In this document: positions 8,208-17,089 of the stretch, in pieces
Numbering within the stretch: position 1 is the first letter of the stretch
How the letters are laid out: every line of letters begins with the position of its first letter
Assembly (NCBI RefSeq): GCF_000155895.1
Contig: NZ_DS995298.1
Coordinates: forward strand, 1,260,001-1,292,000
Direction of reading: 5' to 3'
Length of the DNA stretch: 32,000 nucleotides
Source of the DNA: Candidatus Pelagibacter sp. HTCC7211
GTDB lineage: Bacteria > Pseudomonadota > Alphaproteobacteria > Pelagibacterales > Pelagibacteraceae
The notes under the pieces: model-generated
Seen by the model: only the letters and a program-made list of their open reading frames with translations
Database searches by the model: none
Told to the model about the DNA's origin: nothing
Position numbers and translations under genes: made by a program

Positions 8208-9374
8208 TTATTTAATGAATAATTCCTTACTCATATTACAAAATAATTCACTACCACTCTCTGTTACTCTTACTGCTTCTGAAGCTTCAACTCCCCAGTC
8301 ACCAAATTGCATTACTGCTATCATATGAAAACAAACATTGGGTTCAAGAATAGTCATGTCTCCTTTATAAATATTAAGAGTATGTTCTCCCCAATCTGGT
8401 GGGTAGCCAATACCTATCGAATAACCAGTTCTAGACTTCTTTTCAATTCCATACTTATCTAGTATTTTCCAAAAAGCCTGAGCAACGTCATCTGCAGTAT
8501 TTCCTGGTTTTGTAGCACTAATACCAGCCTCTAAAGCTTCAATAGTTTTTTTCATAGTATCAATTTTTAGTTGATCTGGTTTTCCAAGTAATACAGTTCT
8601 TGCCATAGGTGCATGATATCTTTTGTAAACTCCTGATAGCTCAATAATAGTAGATTCACCTTCTACAAACTTATCCTGAGATGCAGTTAAATGAGAGGCA
8701 GATGTTCCTTTTCCTGTAGGAAGTAACGTTGCTATACTTGAGTATTCACCACCAAACTCTTCGGTTCCATAAAATAATGTCTTTTGAATTTCACCTACAG
8801 CATCACATTGCCTTACTCCTGGATTTATAACTTCCATAGCGGTTTTCATCCCTTTTTCAGAAATTTTAGCAGCTGACTTCATAAATTCAATTTCAGTATC
8901 TGATTTAACTAATCTTACCCAGTTAACTAATCTATCACTATCAACTATCTTTGCATTTGGTAAACCTTGTTTTATTTTTTCATGACAAAATGCTGTATAG
9001 TAGTGTGCATCCATCTCTACACCAATACAAAGTTTGTCCCATTTTTTTTCTTTGATGATTTGAACTAAGTAATCATAAGGATGCTTTGGCCAAGTATGAA
9101 TGTAATTTTCATCATAAACTATAATATTTTCATTTTTAAGATAAGATTTTATATAAGCTCCACCAGCATCTTGAGCTCTAACAAAACATAAAGGTTCATC
9201 TGCATTGACATGAACTATTGCACATTGTGCATAATAAAAAGACCAGGCATCATAACCAGTTAAGTAATTTAAATTATTTGTATCATGAGAGATTAATAAT
9301 TCGATGCCTTTTTCTCGCATCATTTTTTGAGTCTTCTTTAATCTATCTTTGTATTCTTCTTTTGTAAAAAGCAT
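8208..9374 (-). CDS. M24-family creatinase/prolidase-fold hydrolase, ectoine hydrolase (DoeA/EutD)-like
   Basis: N-terminal creatinase_N-type region (LTGYDAWSFYYAQCAIV) and C-terminal pita-bread domain (SRTGYSIGIGYPPDWGEHT). These match DoeA better than creatinase as I recall both. The track start at 9377 is TTG; the ATG at 9374-9372 is preferred and overlaps the upstream stop as TGATG. Confidence 0.6.
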   Translation of the reverse strand: MLFTKEEYKDRLKKTQKMMREKGIELLISHDTNNLNYLTGYDAWSFYYAQCAIVHVNADEPLCFVRAQDAGGAYIKSYLKNENIIVYDENYIHTWPKHPYDYLVQIIKEKKWDKLCIGVEMDAHYYTAFCHEKIKQGLPNAKIVDSDRLVNWVRLVKSDTEIEFMKSAAKISEKGMKTAMEVINPGVRQCDAVGEIQKTLFYGTEEFGGEYSSIATLLPTGKGTSASHLTASQDKFVEGESTIIELSGVYKRYHAPMARTVLLGKPDQLKIDTMKKTIEALEAGISATKPGNTADDVAQAFWKILDKYGIEKKSRTGYSIGIGYPPDWGEHTLNIYKGDMTILEPNVCFHMIAVMQFGDWGVEASEAVRVTESGSELFCNMSKELFIK

Positions 9375-10120
9375 CAATTACTTTGGAATAATTTTCCAAA
9401 TCCTTCCACTGAATTATTTTTATTTATTTTCTCAAGTGTATCCCAAATCAAAGCCTGATTACTGGATAGAACAGTTGTATTTAATTTTTTTTCTAATTCA
9501 TCAATTATTGGTAATACTGGTAAGGCTGTACATGAAACAAATAAAGCCTCTGCTCCATTTAAATCTATTTTAGATAAAACTTCACACAAATAATTCTGAT
9601 CAACTTTACCAATGTCATAATCTGCTTCTATATCAAAATACGCATTTGAAGTAATTTCAAATCCTTCACTTTTAAAGTATTCAGCTACATCATCATTAAG
9701 TTTTTTACTATAAGGAGTAAAAAGACATATCTTATTAATATTCAATTTTTTTAAAGCTTTTATTGCAGCAGTACTTGGCGTCGTAACATCTGCCATCGGT
9801 TTGGCTACTTTAATTTTTTGCTCTATAGAACTATAACCCGCAGCTATAGTTCCTGAGGTGCATCCATAAACAACACAGTCGATATCTTGATCTGGCAAAA
9901 TGTCTTTTGTAACTTCTGTAACTTTATTAGACATTTTTATTAGATTTTCCGTAGTTAGTGGATTGTAACATTCGATACGGTTAACAAAAAAGTCAATATC
10001 ACGGTCTTTAATTACATTTATAAAGTCTCTTTCAATCATAAAGTCACTTGCAAGTGCTATTAAACCAACTCTAGGATTTGATTTAGAAATATATTTTGGT
10101 TCTATTTTTGTTGAATTCAT
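9374..10120 (-). CDS. Asp/Glu/hydantoin-racemase superfamily protein (maleate isomerase / arylmalonate decarboxylase / EutA-like)
   Basis: 248 aa. VGLIALASDFMIERDF near the N-terminus and two catalytic-type Cys motifs, VVYGCTSGT and LFVSCTALP. Confidence 0.6.
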   Translation of the reverse strand: MNSTKIEPKYISKSNPRVGLIALASDFMIERDFINVIKDRDIDFFVNRIECYNPLTTENLIKMSNKVTEVTKDILPDQDIDCVVYGCTSGTIAAGYSSIEQKIKVAKPMADVTTPSTAAIKALKKLNINKICLFTPYSKKLNDDVAEYFKSEGFEITSNAYFDIEADYDIGKVDQNYLCEVLSKIDLNGAEALFVSCTALPVLPIIDELEKKLNTTVLSSNQALIWDTLEKINKNNSVEGFGKLFQSN

Positions 10121-10175
10121 AATTTAAAAGGGTGAATATATCATAAGTTCTTTAATCATTAATATAAAAAACAAT

Positions 10176-11048
10176 ATGAATATAAAAGACACCTTTGTTG
10201 CATCTTTGGTGCCTATATTTTTAGGTTTTGGTTTTGTTATAGCCAAACCTGCATTTGAGTCTTTTCCTCCAATTTTGTTAATGGGAATTCGATTTATGTT
10301 TGCAGCGTCTATTTTAATTTGGTGGTTTCCAATACCGTGGGGATACTTAAAAAAAATTTTTATTGCATCTTTTATAGCTAATACATTGCAATATAGTATT
10401 ACGTATTCTGGTTTAAATTTAATAGATGCTTCTGCAGCGGTACTATTAGTGCAAACTGAAGTTCCTTTTGGGGTAATTTTTGCATATTTTATGCTTAAAG
10501 AAAAACCAACCATACGAGCTTTGGTTGGGATTGGAATTGCTTTTATTGGAGTTTACGTTTTAACAGGATCGCCCAGTTTAGATGGAAAGTTTATTGGTAT
10601 CGGTCTAACAATTTTAGGATCTGCAATATGGGCGCTAGGCCAAGTTGTTGTTAAGCCACTGAGTAAAGAAATTAACCCACTAGCTTTAGTTGCTTGGTTG
10701 GCATTATTTTCTGGACCAATTTTAATATTTATTTCAGCAATACTAGATGGAAATACGATAGGCTATTTATCAAATGCAAAATTTGATCATTGGATTATTG
10801 CTATTTATATTGGTTTTATAATGCAACCAATTACTTATGGCTGCTTCTATTATGTTTTGAAAAATAATCCACTTTATAAAGTTCTTCCAATTGTAACTAT
10901 GGGTATTCCACCAACAGGATTATTAGCAGCAATATTTCTTTTAGGAGAAAAACCTACACAAGAATTATTTACTGGTGGGGCATTAATTATTGTCGGAGTA
11001 ATTTTAATTGTGATTACAAAAAATAAAAATAATGAGGTTAAAAAATGA
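10176..11048 (+). CDS. EamA/DMT-superfamily transporter
   Basis: 290 aa with about 10 hydrophobic spans in two EamA-like halves. Diverges from the racemase-like gene across 55 bp. Confidence 0.7.
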   Translation: MNIKDTFVASLVPIFLGFGFVIAKPAFESFPPILLMGIRFMFAASILIWWFPIPWGYLKKIFIASFIANTLQYSITYSGLNLIDASAAVLLVQTEVPFGVIFAYFMLKEKPTIRALVGIGIAFIGVYVLTGSPSLDGKFIGIGLTILGSAIWALGQVVVKPLSKEINPLALVAWLALFSGPILIFISAILDGNTIGYLSNAKFDHWIIAIYIGFIMQPITYGCFYYVLKNNPLYKVLPIVTMGIPPTGLLAAIFLLGEKPTQELFTGGALIIVGVILIVITKNKNNEVKK

Positions 11049-11986
11049 AAATAGGATTTATAGGTCTTGGAAATGTTGGAGGTAAACTAGCTGGAAGTTT
11101 GTTAAGGAATAAATTTGATTTAACTGTAAGAGACTTGGATGAGAATTTAACTAACGAGTTTAAAAATTTAGGAGCCAAAGTTGCAAGTTCTGCAAGAGAA
11201 TTAGCGGAGCAAGTAGATTTAATTATTACATGCTTACCATCCCCAAAAATTTGTGCAGATGTTATGGAAGGTGAAAATGGAGTGCTAGAAGGTATAACTC
11301 AAAATAAAATATGGCTTGAAATGAGCACGACTGATGAAGCTGAAATTAAAAGAATTGGCAAAAAGGTTATAGAAAAAAATGGCATACCTTTAGATGGTCC
11401 AGTAAGCGGTGGTTGTCATAGGGCTGCTACTGGAAATATTGCTATCTTTGTTGGAGGAAATAGAGTGGCTTTTGAAAGAATTTTATCTGCATTAACCGTG
11501 ATGGGTAGAAAAGTATTGCATACTGGTGAATTAGGAAGTGCTACAGTTCTTAAAGTTATAACAAATTACTTAGCCTCAGTTCATCTAGTTGCATTAGGTG
11601 AAGCCTGGACTGTTGCTAAAAAATCAAATTTAGATCTTGCTAAAGCTTATAAAGGAATTGCAGTTTCCTCAGGTAATTCTTTTGTGCATGAAACTGAAAG
11701 TCAGGTGATTTTAAATGGGTCTTACAATATAAATTTTACTATGGACTTAGTTTTAAAGGATACTGGTTTATTTGATGATCTAGCAAAAAAATTAAACGCT
11801 GGATTAGAGATTTCTCCAAAAATTGTTGAGATATTTAAAGACGGTCAAAAAAAATATGGTTCAAGAGCATGGTCTTCAATGATTGTTAAAAGAATGGAAG
11901 ATTCTAATAATATAGATTTTAGAGCAGATGGATTTCCTGAAGAGTTAACTGATAATGAGCCTGAGGAAAAAGGATACGAAATCTAA
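11045..11986 (+). CDS. NAD(P)-dependent beta-hydroxyacid dehydrogenase (3-hydroxyisobutyrate/6-phosphogluconate DH family)
   Basis: 313 aa. MKIGFIGLGNVGGKLA Rossmann motif, DGPVSGG, and KVITNYL. ATGA overlap with the EamA gene. Confidence 0.75.
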   Translation: MKIGFIGLGNVGGKLAGSLLRNKFDLTVRDLDENLTNEFKNLGAKVASSARELAEQVDLIITCLPSPKICADVMEGENGVLEGITQNKIWLEMSTTDEAEIKRIGKKVIEKNGIPLDGPVSGGCHRAATGNIAIFVGGNRVAFERILSALTVMGRKVLHTGELGSATVLKVITNYLASVHLVALGEAWTVAKKSNLDLAKAYKGIAVSSGNSFVHETESQVILNGSYNINFTMDLVLKDTGLFDDLAKKLNAGLEISPKIVEIFKDGQKKYGSRAWSSMIVKRMEDSNNIDFRADGFPEELTDNEPEEKGYEI

Positions 11987-12068
11987 TATTTAAAACTTAA
12001 AGTCTAAAAATCGTTCTTTATATAAGATATTATCAATTCTATATTCAATTCAAAGTTGTTTGCGTCCA

Positions 12069-12097
12069 TTGACATATTGATTTCCTAAACTTAATGT
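12069..12097 (+). promoter_or_regulatory. Candidate sigma70-type promoter of the proX operon
   Basis: TTGACA (12069-12074), a 17-nt spacer, then TAATGT (12092-12097). It lies about 40 nt upstream of the ATG, with AAGAGGA as the SD. Confidence 0.4.
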
Positions 12098-12135
12098 GTT
12101 GTGTTTGATAAATATAAACTATTAAGAGGAAAACA

Positions 12136-13149
12136 ATGAAAATGATTAAAAAAATAGTTCTCTCTTCATTAGCTGTTTTAGGTTTCACTTTATTTACTGG
12201 TGTTGCTAATGCTGCATGTGGAAAGATTACAATTGCTAATATGAACTGGGCATCAGCGAATTTCATGGCTGAAGTAGATAAAATTATACTTGAAAAAGGT
12301 TATGGATGCGAAGTTGAACTTGTTCCAGGTGCTACAATGCCTACTTTCACTTCAATGAGTGAAAAAGGTGAGCCAGATGTTGCTCCAGAATTCTGGGCAA
12401 ATGCTGCAATCGTAGCTTTAAATAAAGCTGAGGATGAAGGTAAAATGCACTCAGTTAACAAAGCACCTATTACTGGTTTAGGTGAAGGTTGGTGGGTATT
12501 ACCTGCAACTTTAGAAAAGCATCCTGAACTTACAACTGCAGATGCAATTTTAAAAAGACCTGACCTATTTCCACATCCAGAAGATCCTTCAAAAGGTGGA
12601 TTTCATATCTGTCCTCCAGGATGGAACTGTGAATTAAGTAACAGAAACCATTTTAGAGCTTGGGGTATGGAAGAAAAAGGATGGATGATTGTAGAGACAG
12701 GTTCTGCTGCTGGATTAGATGGTTCAATAGCAAAAGCTGCTGAAAGAGGTGAAAACTGGTTTGGATACTACTGGTCACCAACTGCACTTATCGGAAAATA
12801 CAACATGCAAGCTGTAGACATGGGTGAATTTGGCGGCAAAGATAACTGGGATAACTGTTTAGTTAAACCAGAACAAGAATGTGCTAATCCAAAAAAATCA
12901 TCATGGGTAAAATCTGAAGTTTTCACAGTAACAACTGATAACTTTAAGAAAACAGCTGGTAAAGATGGTATGAAATACCTTGAGAATAGAACTTATCCAG
13001 GTCCAGTAATGAATGGTATGCTAGTATGGATGGGTGAAAACCAAGCAGAAGGTGCAGATGCTGCAATTGAATTCCTAAAAACACAAGAAGATGTGTGGAC
13101 TAAATGGGTTTCAGGTTCAGCTGCTTCAAAAATCAAAAAAGCACTTTAA
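12136..13149 (+). CDS. proX: Glycine betaine/quaternary amine ABC transporter substrate-binding protein (ProX/OpuAC type)
   Basis: 337 aa. Signal peptide ...GVANA|A, then ITIANMNWASANFMAEV...PEFWAN and GEGWWV, typical of ProX-type betaine binders. Confidence 0.8.
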   Translation: MKMIKKIVLSSLAVLGFTLFTGVANAACGKITIANMNWASANFMAEVDKIILEKGYGCEVELVPGATMPTFTSMSEKGEPDVAPEFWANAAIVALNKAEDEGKMHSVNKAPITGLGEGWWVLPATLEKHPELTTADAILKRPDLFPHPEDPSKGGFHICPPGWNCELSNRNHFRAWGMEEKGWMIVETGSAAGLDGSIAKAAERGENWFGYYWSPTALIGKYNMQAVDMGEFGGKDNWDNCLVKPEQECANPKKSSWVKSEVFTVTTDNFKKTAGKDGMKYLENRTYPGPVMNGMLVWMGENQAEGADAAIEFLKTQEDVWTKWVSGSAASKIKKAL

Positions 13150-13160
13150 TTAAAAGTATT

Positions 13161-13196
13161 AATCGAACCCGTTAAATTTTAACGGGTTCGATTTTA
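13161..13196 (+). terminator. Rho-independent terminator/attenuator immediately after proX
   Basis: AATCGAACCCGTTAA (13161-13175), loop ATT, then TTAACGGGTTCGATT (13179-13193). This is a perfect 15-bp inverted repeat running into TTTT. It ends 19 nt before the proW ATG. Confidence 0.6.
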
Positions 13197-13214
13197 TAGT
13201 ATAATAAATTTAAT

Positions 13215-14102
13215 ATGGAATTTTTAAGCAAGATACCAGTAATGGATAGAGACGCTCTTAGAGAGTTAAAGAAAGGTATCGATTATAGTTTTAAAAACTT
13301 TTCAAGAGAATACGGTGATGCAATTGAAGGTTTCTTTGATCCACTTTTATCATTTTTAATTTTTCTTGAAAAATTATTAGTAAATACTCCGTGGCCTATA
13401 GTTATTGGTGTTTTTGGTATTTTAGCATGGATAGGATCTAGAAATTATAAATTAGTAATTGGTACAATAGCCTGTTTTATAGTTATTGGTTATTTTGGAA
13501 TGTGGAAAAACTGTATGGCAACAGTTGCAATTATTTCTGTCTCAACGCTTGTATGTATAGTGGTTGGAATACCAATCGGTATTCTAATGTCAAAATCGAG
13601 CAGAGCAGAAAGGACTATATTGCCAGTTCTAGATATGATGCAAACAATTCCGAGCTTTGTTTATCTAATACCTATTATTATGTTATTAGGAATTGGAAAA
13701 GTTCCAGGTCTATTGGCTGTATGTATTTATGCTTTGCCTCCTGTTGTAAGGTTAACAAACTTAGGGATAAGAGAGGTAGATAAAGAAACATTAGAAGCAG
13801 CTGAAGCTTTTGGTGCTACTCCAATGCAAAAATTAAGATCTGTTCAAATACCTTTATCTCTTCCAACAATTTTTGCTGGAATAAACCAAACAATTATGAT
13901 GGCTTTAGCAATGGTAGTAATTGCTTCTATGATTGGTGTAAGAGGATTAGGTGTTCCAATTTTGCAAGCAATTTCTAATCAATACTTAGCTCTAGGTCTA
14001 ATGAATGGTCTAGCAATTGTTGCTCTTGCAATTATATTTGACAGGGTTACTCAGGAATACGGAAATAGAATTCAAAGACATCGTGGGACAACAAAAAAAT
14101 AG
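13215..14102 (+). CDS. proW: Glycine betaine ABC transporter permease (ProW/OpuAB type)
   Basis: 295 aa. N-terminal cytoplasmic/periplasmic head followed by a BPD_transp domain with EAAEAFGATPMQKLRSVQIPLSLPTI. Confidence 0.8.
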   Translation: MEFLSKIPVMDRDALRELKKGIDYSFKNFSREYGDAIEGFFDPLLSFLIFLEKLLVNTPWPIVIGVFGILAWIGSRNYKLVIGTIACFIVIGYFGMWKNCMATVAIISVSTLVCIVVGIPIGILMSKSSRAERTILPVLDMMQTIPSFVYLIPIIMLLGIGKVPGLLAVCIYALPPVVRLTNLGIREVDKETLEAAEAFGATPMQKLRSVQIPLSLPTIFAGINQTIMMALAMVVIASMIGVRGLGVPILQAISNQYLALGLMNGLAIVALAIIFDRVTQEYGNRIQRHRGTTKK

Positions 14103-14119
14103 ATATTGATAATCTGTTA

Positions 14120-14767
14120 ATGCCTCAACTATTAATTCACAGAGGTCTTGCTAAAAGGAAATTCTTAGAAAATAATATAAATTCTTTTAAATATTGTTTT
14201 AATAAAAATTATGGGATTGAAACAGATATTCATGCAACAAAAGATGGTGAGTTTATTTGTTTTCATGATTTTACACTTAAAAGAATTTTTAAAAAAAATT
14301 TAAGTGTAAAAAATCTCAATTATTCAAAAATTAAAGAAATAAGCAAAAATCTTAATAATCCAGTTCCATTATTAAAAGACCTATTAATTTTCTCAAAAAA
14401 TAAATGCTCGTTATTTATTGAAATAAAGCCAACCTTATCAATGTCGCTACTTAGAAAGCTCTTTAAGGAGACCTCAAAATTTAAAAGATGTGTATTTATA
14501 TCTTTTAAGCATGAAAATGTTTACAATTTATTAAAGATTAACAAAAAAGTTAAAGTTGGATTATCTTTTGCACCACCAACCAGTATTAAAAAAATACTTA
14601 AAAAAGCGAGCAATAAAGATATCAACTGCCTAATACTGGACAAATCATACTTAAAAAAAAAAAAAATTCAAAATTTAAAAATTAAAAAATATTTTTATAC
14701 GATCAAGTCCAAATTGGATTTTAATAAATACAGAAAAAATTATAATTTAATTTTTGAGAATCTATGA
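14120..14767 (+). CDS. Glycerophosphodiester phosphodiesterase (GDPD) family, short form
   Basis: 215 aa. Motifs HRGLAKRKFLENN and ETDIHATKDGEFICFHDFTLKR (GDPD HRG...EN / E-x-D-x-x-x-T-x-D-G-x6-HD). Very Lys/Asn-rich and visibly more AT-rich than its neighbours. Confidence 0.65.
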   Translation: MPQLLIHRGLAKRKFLENNINSFKYCFNKNYGIETDIHATKDGEFICFHDFTLKRIFKKNLSVKNLNYSKIKEISKNLNNPVPLLKDLLIFSKNKCSLFIEIKPTLSMSLLRKLFKETSKFKRCVFISFKHENVYNLLKINKKVKVGLSFAPPTSIKKILKKASNKDINCLILDKSYLKKKKIQNLKIKKYFYTIKSKLDFNKYRKNYNLIFENL

Positions 14768-14769
14768 AG

Positions 14770-15897
14770 TTATTGTTTTTTTAAATAATTTAATCTTCCA
14801 ATGATTTCATCTCGATCCATATAATAACCTTGTAAATGTCTATGCCCTGAGTTTGGATCAAATTCTGTTCTTCCATGCAATACTCTTCTATTATTAAATG
14901 AATAAATGTCACCTGGTCCTAAACGAAATTTAATTTGAAACCTATCATCATGTAATAAGTTTCCAAATCTATGGTGAGCTTTATAAACTTTTTCCATTAG
15001 ATCAGGATGACAATCAAGCACATCCATTGTTGCTACACTAAATCTAATATCATGATAATCTCCATCTTTAGTCAAGCTGATTGCTGGTGCATGAAATGCC
15101 CTATGAGACACTTGTGTATAATCTGTATCTTTAAATTTTAATGGCACGTTAACTAATGTTTCAAAAATTTCTTTTTCATTATTCTTTAAATATTCAGCAA
15201 CTGCAAATCCATCTACAGCCGAAGAGTCGCCGCCTTTAGCTGAATTAATTAAGCAGTGAAGAAATTGATATCCTGGAGGCAGTTCAAACCAAGGCAAATC
15301 CATATGATTTCTTAGTGCATGTGCTGTGTATGCTGAATTATTTGGTTTTGGAATATTTATAACCTCAAAAGGTGTTTTAAAAAAAGTTTCTCTTATGTGG
15401 CTTATTCTATTAAGTAATGGAAAAGCAGATCTTTTTTCTACTGGTGCGTTCTTAACTATTGCAATACCCGTATGATGCAAAAGCTCTAACCATTTTATCA
15501 AGCCCTCGTCAGAGTCTAAAATTTCGTCATGCTCTATACAAATTGACTCGAATTTATTTCCAAGATTTTGATCCCATAAATTGTAAGGAGAAATATATTT
15601 TGATTTATTTTTTAATGTATAGCAATTTTGACGAAGCCAATTCAGATCATAGAAACTAGTATGATCTCCTTCACTCCATTGAACTTCAAGAGACCCTTTG
15701 TCATCTATTTTAAAATCTTTTACTGATAAATTTTCTGAAACATTTAAAATATTAAACATTCTGTGATGAGAATCTTTGTCATGAGCTGTAGGACAGTTAT
15801 CTCTAAGCCACATATAGTTAAATTTACTTTCTTCTCCATCACTCCATTTAATTTTTAAATCTGATGTATCTTTTTCAATTTTATCTATTTGAAACAT
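14770..15897 (-). CDS. Fe(II)/2-oxoglutarate dioxygenase, gamma-butyrobetaine dioxygenase (BBOX/TMLH family)
   Basis: 375 aa. N-terminal DUF971-type repeats (KIKWSDGEESKFNYMWLRDNCP; EVQWSEGDHTSFYDLNWLRQNC). TauD-fold core with HMD triad motif (RNHMDLPW) and distal NNRRVLHGR. Confidence 0.75.
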   Translation of the reverse strand: MFQIDKIEKDTSDLKIKWSDGEESKFNYMWLRDNCPTAHDKDSHHRMFNILNVSENLSVKDFKIDDKGSLEVQWSEGDHTSFYDLNWLRQNCYTLKNKSKYISPYNLWDQNLGNKFESICIEHDEILDSDEGLIKWLELLHHTGIAIVKNAPVEKRSAFPLLNRISHIRETFFKTPFEVINIPKPNNSAYTAHALRNHMDLPWFELPPGYQFLHCLINSAKGGDSSAVDGFAVAEYLKNNEKEIFETLVNVPLKFKDTDYTQVSHRAFHAPAISLTKDGDYHDIRFSVATMDVLDCHPDLMEKVYKAHHRFGNLLHDDRFQIKFRLGPGDIYSFNNRRVLHGRTEFDPNSGHRHLQGYYMDRDEIIGRLNYLKKQ

Positions 15898-16006
15898 TTA
15901 CTGATGATTATTTACTCATTAAAATTTGTCAATGCAATTAATAGTTGTAATTATCGATTTCTTTCCTTTAATCTATTTAGCAGTTTTGTTACAAGTTCAT
16001 TGAAAA

Positions 16007-17029
16007 ATGTCAAAAATAGAAATCAATAATATTTATAAAATCTTTGGTAATAAGCCACAATCAGTAATGCAAATGGTTAAAGACGGGGCGACCAAAGAGG
16101 AAGTTTTAGAAAAAACTGGTCACACTGTGGGACTAGATAACGTTTCGTTAAAGATTGAAGAAGGGGAAACTTTTGTTTGCATGGGATTATCTGGATCAGG
16201 AAAATCTACATTAATTAGACATCTTAACAGATTAATAGAACCCACATCTGGTGAAATATTAGTTGAAGGCACAAATGTAATGTCTTTGAATAAACAAGAA
16301 CTAATCGAATTTAGAAGACATAAAATGAGTATGGTTTTTCAAAGATTTGGTCTTTTTCCCCATAAAACAGTAATTCAAAATGTAGGCTATGGTTTAGAGA
16401 TGAGAAATATAACTCAAGAGGAAAGAAATAAAATAGCAATGGAAAAAATTGAGGCCGTTGGACTTAGTGGTTTTGAAAATCAATATCCAAATCAATTATC
16501 TGGAGGTATGCAACAAAGAGTTGGTCTTGCTAGAGCTTTAGCAACAGACTCGGATATCATGTTAATGGACGAAGCATTTAGTGCTTTAGATCCTTTAATA
16601 AGAAGTGATATGCAAAAACAATTAATTTCTCTTCAGTCAGAATTAAAAAAAACAATTGTCTTTATAACTCATGATTTAGATGAATCACTACGACTTGGAA
16701 ATCATATTGCAATTTTAAACGCAGGTAAATTAGTTCAAGTTGGAACTCCGGTTGATATTGTTATGAATCCAGCAGATGATTATGTTGCAGCATTTGTTAA
16801 AGATGTAAATAGAGCAAAAGTTTTAAAAGCAAAAGTAATTATGACTGATGCTAAAGAAGGACAACCCTCTGGAGAAAATAGATTAAAAGTTCATGAAGAT
16901 GAATTTTTAGAGGAATTTTTACCAAAAATTGTTCTTAATGATGTGGTTGTTGATGTCGTAGACTCAGCTGGACATATAAAAGGATATATAACAAATAAAG
17001 AATTACAATCTTCTTTAGTTAAATCTTAA
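16007..17029 (+). CDS. proV: Glycine betaine ABC transporter ATP-binding protein (ProV/OpuAA type), short C-terminal domain
   Basis: 340 aa. ProV-type N-terminus (IYKIFG...), Walker A GLSGSGKST, signature LSGGMQQRVGLARAL, Walker B IMLMDEAFSALDP. Only about 75 aa follow the ABC domain. Confidence 0.8.
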   Translation: MSKIEINNIYKIFGNKPQSVMQMVKDGATKEEVLEKTGHTVGLDNVSLKIEEGETFVCMGLSGSGKSTLIRHLNRLIEPTSGEILVEGTNVMSLNKQELIEFRRHKMSMVFQRFGLFPHKTVIQNVGYGLEMRNITQEERNKIAMEKIEAVGLSGFENQYPNQLSGGMQQRVGLARALATDSDIMLMDEAFSALDPLIRSDMQKQLISLQSELKKTIVFITHDLDESLRLGNHIAILNAGKLVQVGTPVDIVMNPADDYVAAFVKDVNRAKVLKAKVIMTDAKEGQPSGENRLKVHEDEFLEEFLPKIVLNDVVVDVVDSAGHIKGYITNKELQSSLVKS

Positions 17030-17089
17030 AATGAATTACCATCACTACTTGGTAGTTGTGATGAGAATGATTATATTTGCAAATAATTA

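Noticed and set aside
9375-9377. TTG at 9377 as the start of the M24 hydrolase
   Set aside because: The adjacent ATG (9374-9372) gives the same protein minus one residue and forms a typical TGATG stop/start overlap with the upstream gene.
10124-10513. 129-aa minus-strand ORF
   Set aside because: It lies almost entirely antisense to the 290-aa EamA transporter ORF, which has a coherent 10-TM profile. It has no recognisable motifs, and it would leave no promoter space for the racemase-like gene.
12045-12266. 73-aa minus-strand ORF across the proX upstream region and start
   Set aside because: It overlaps the proX signal-peptide codons and the candidate promoter. It is a hydrophobic mirror-frame artefact with no family signature.
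17040-17063. Hairpin after proV (CATCACTACT-TGGT-AGTTGTGATG) as a terminator
   Set aside because: The stem has a T-T mismatch and is not followed by a T-run. It could still modulate read-through into the FrhB-like gene, but on sequence alone it is not supportable as a terminator.
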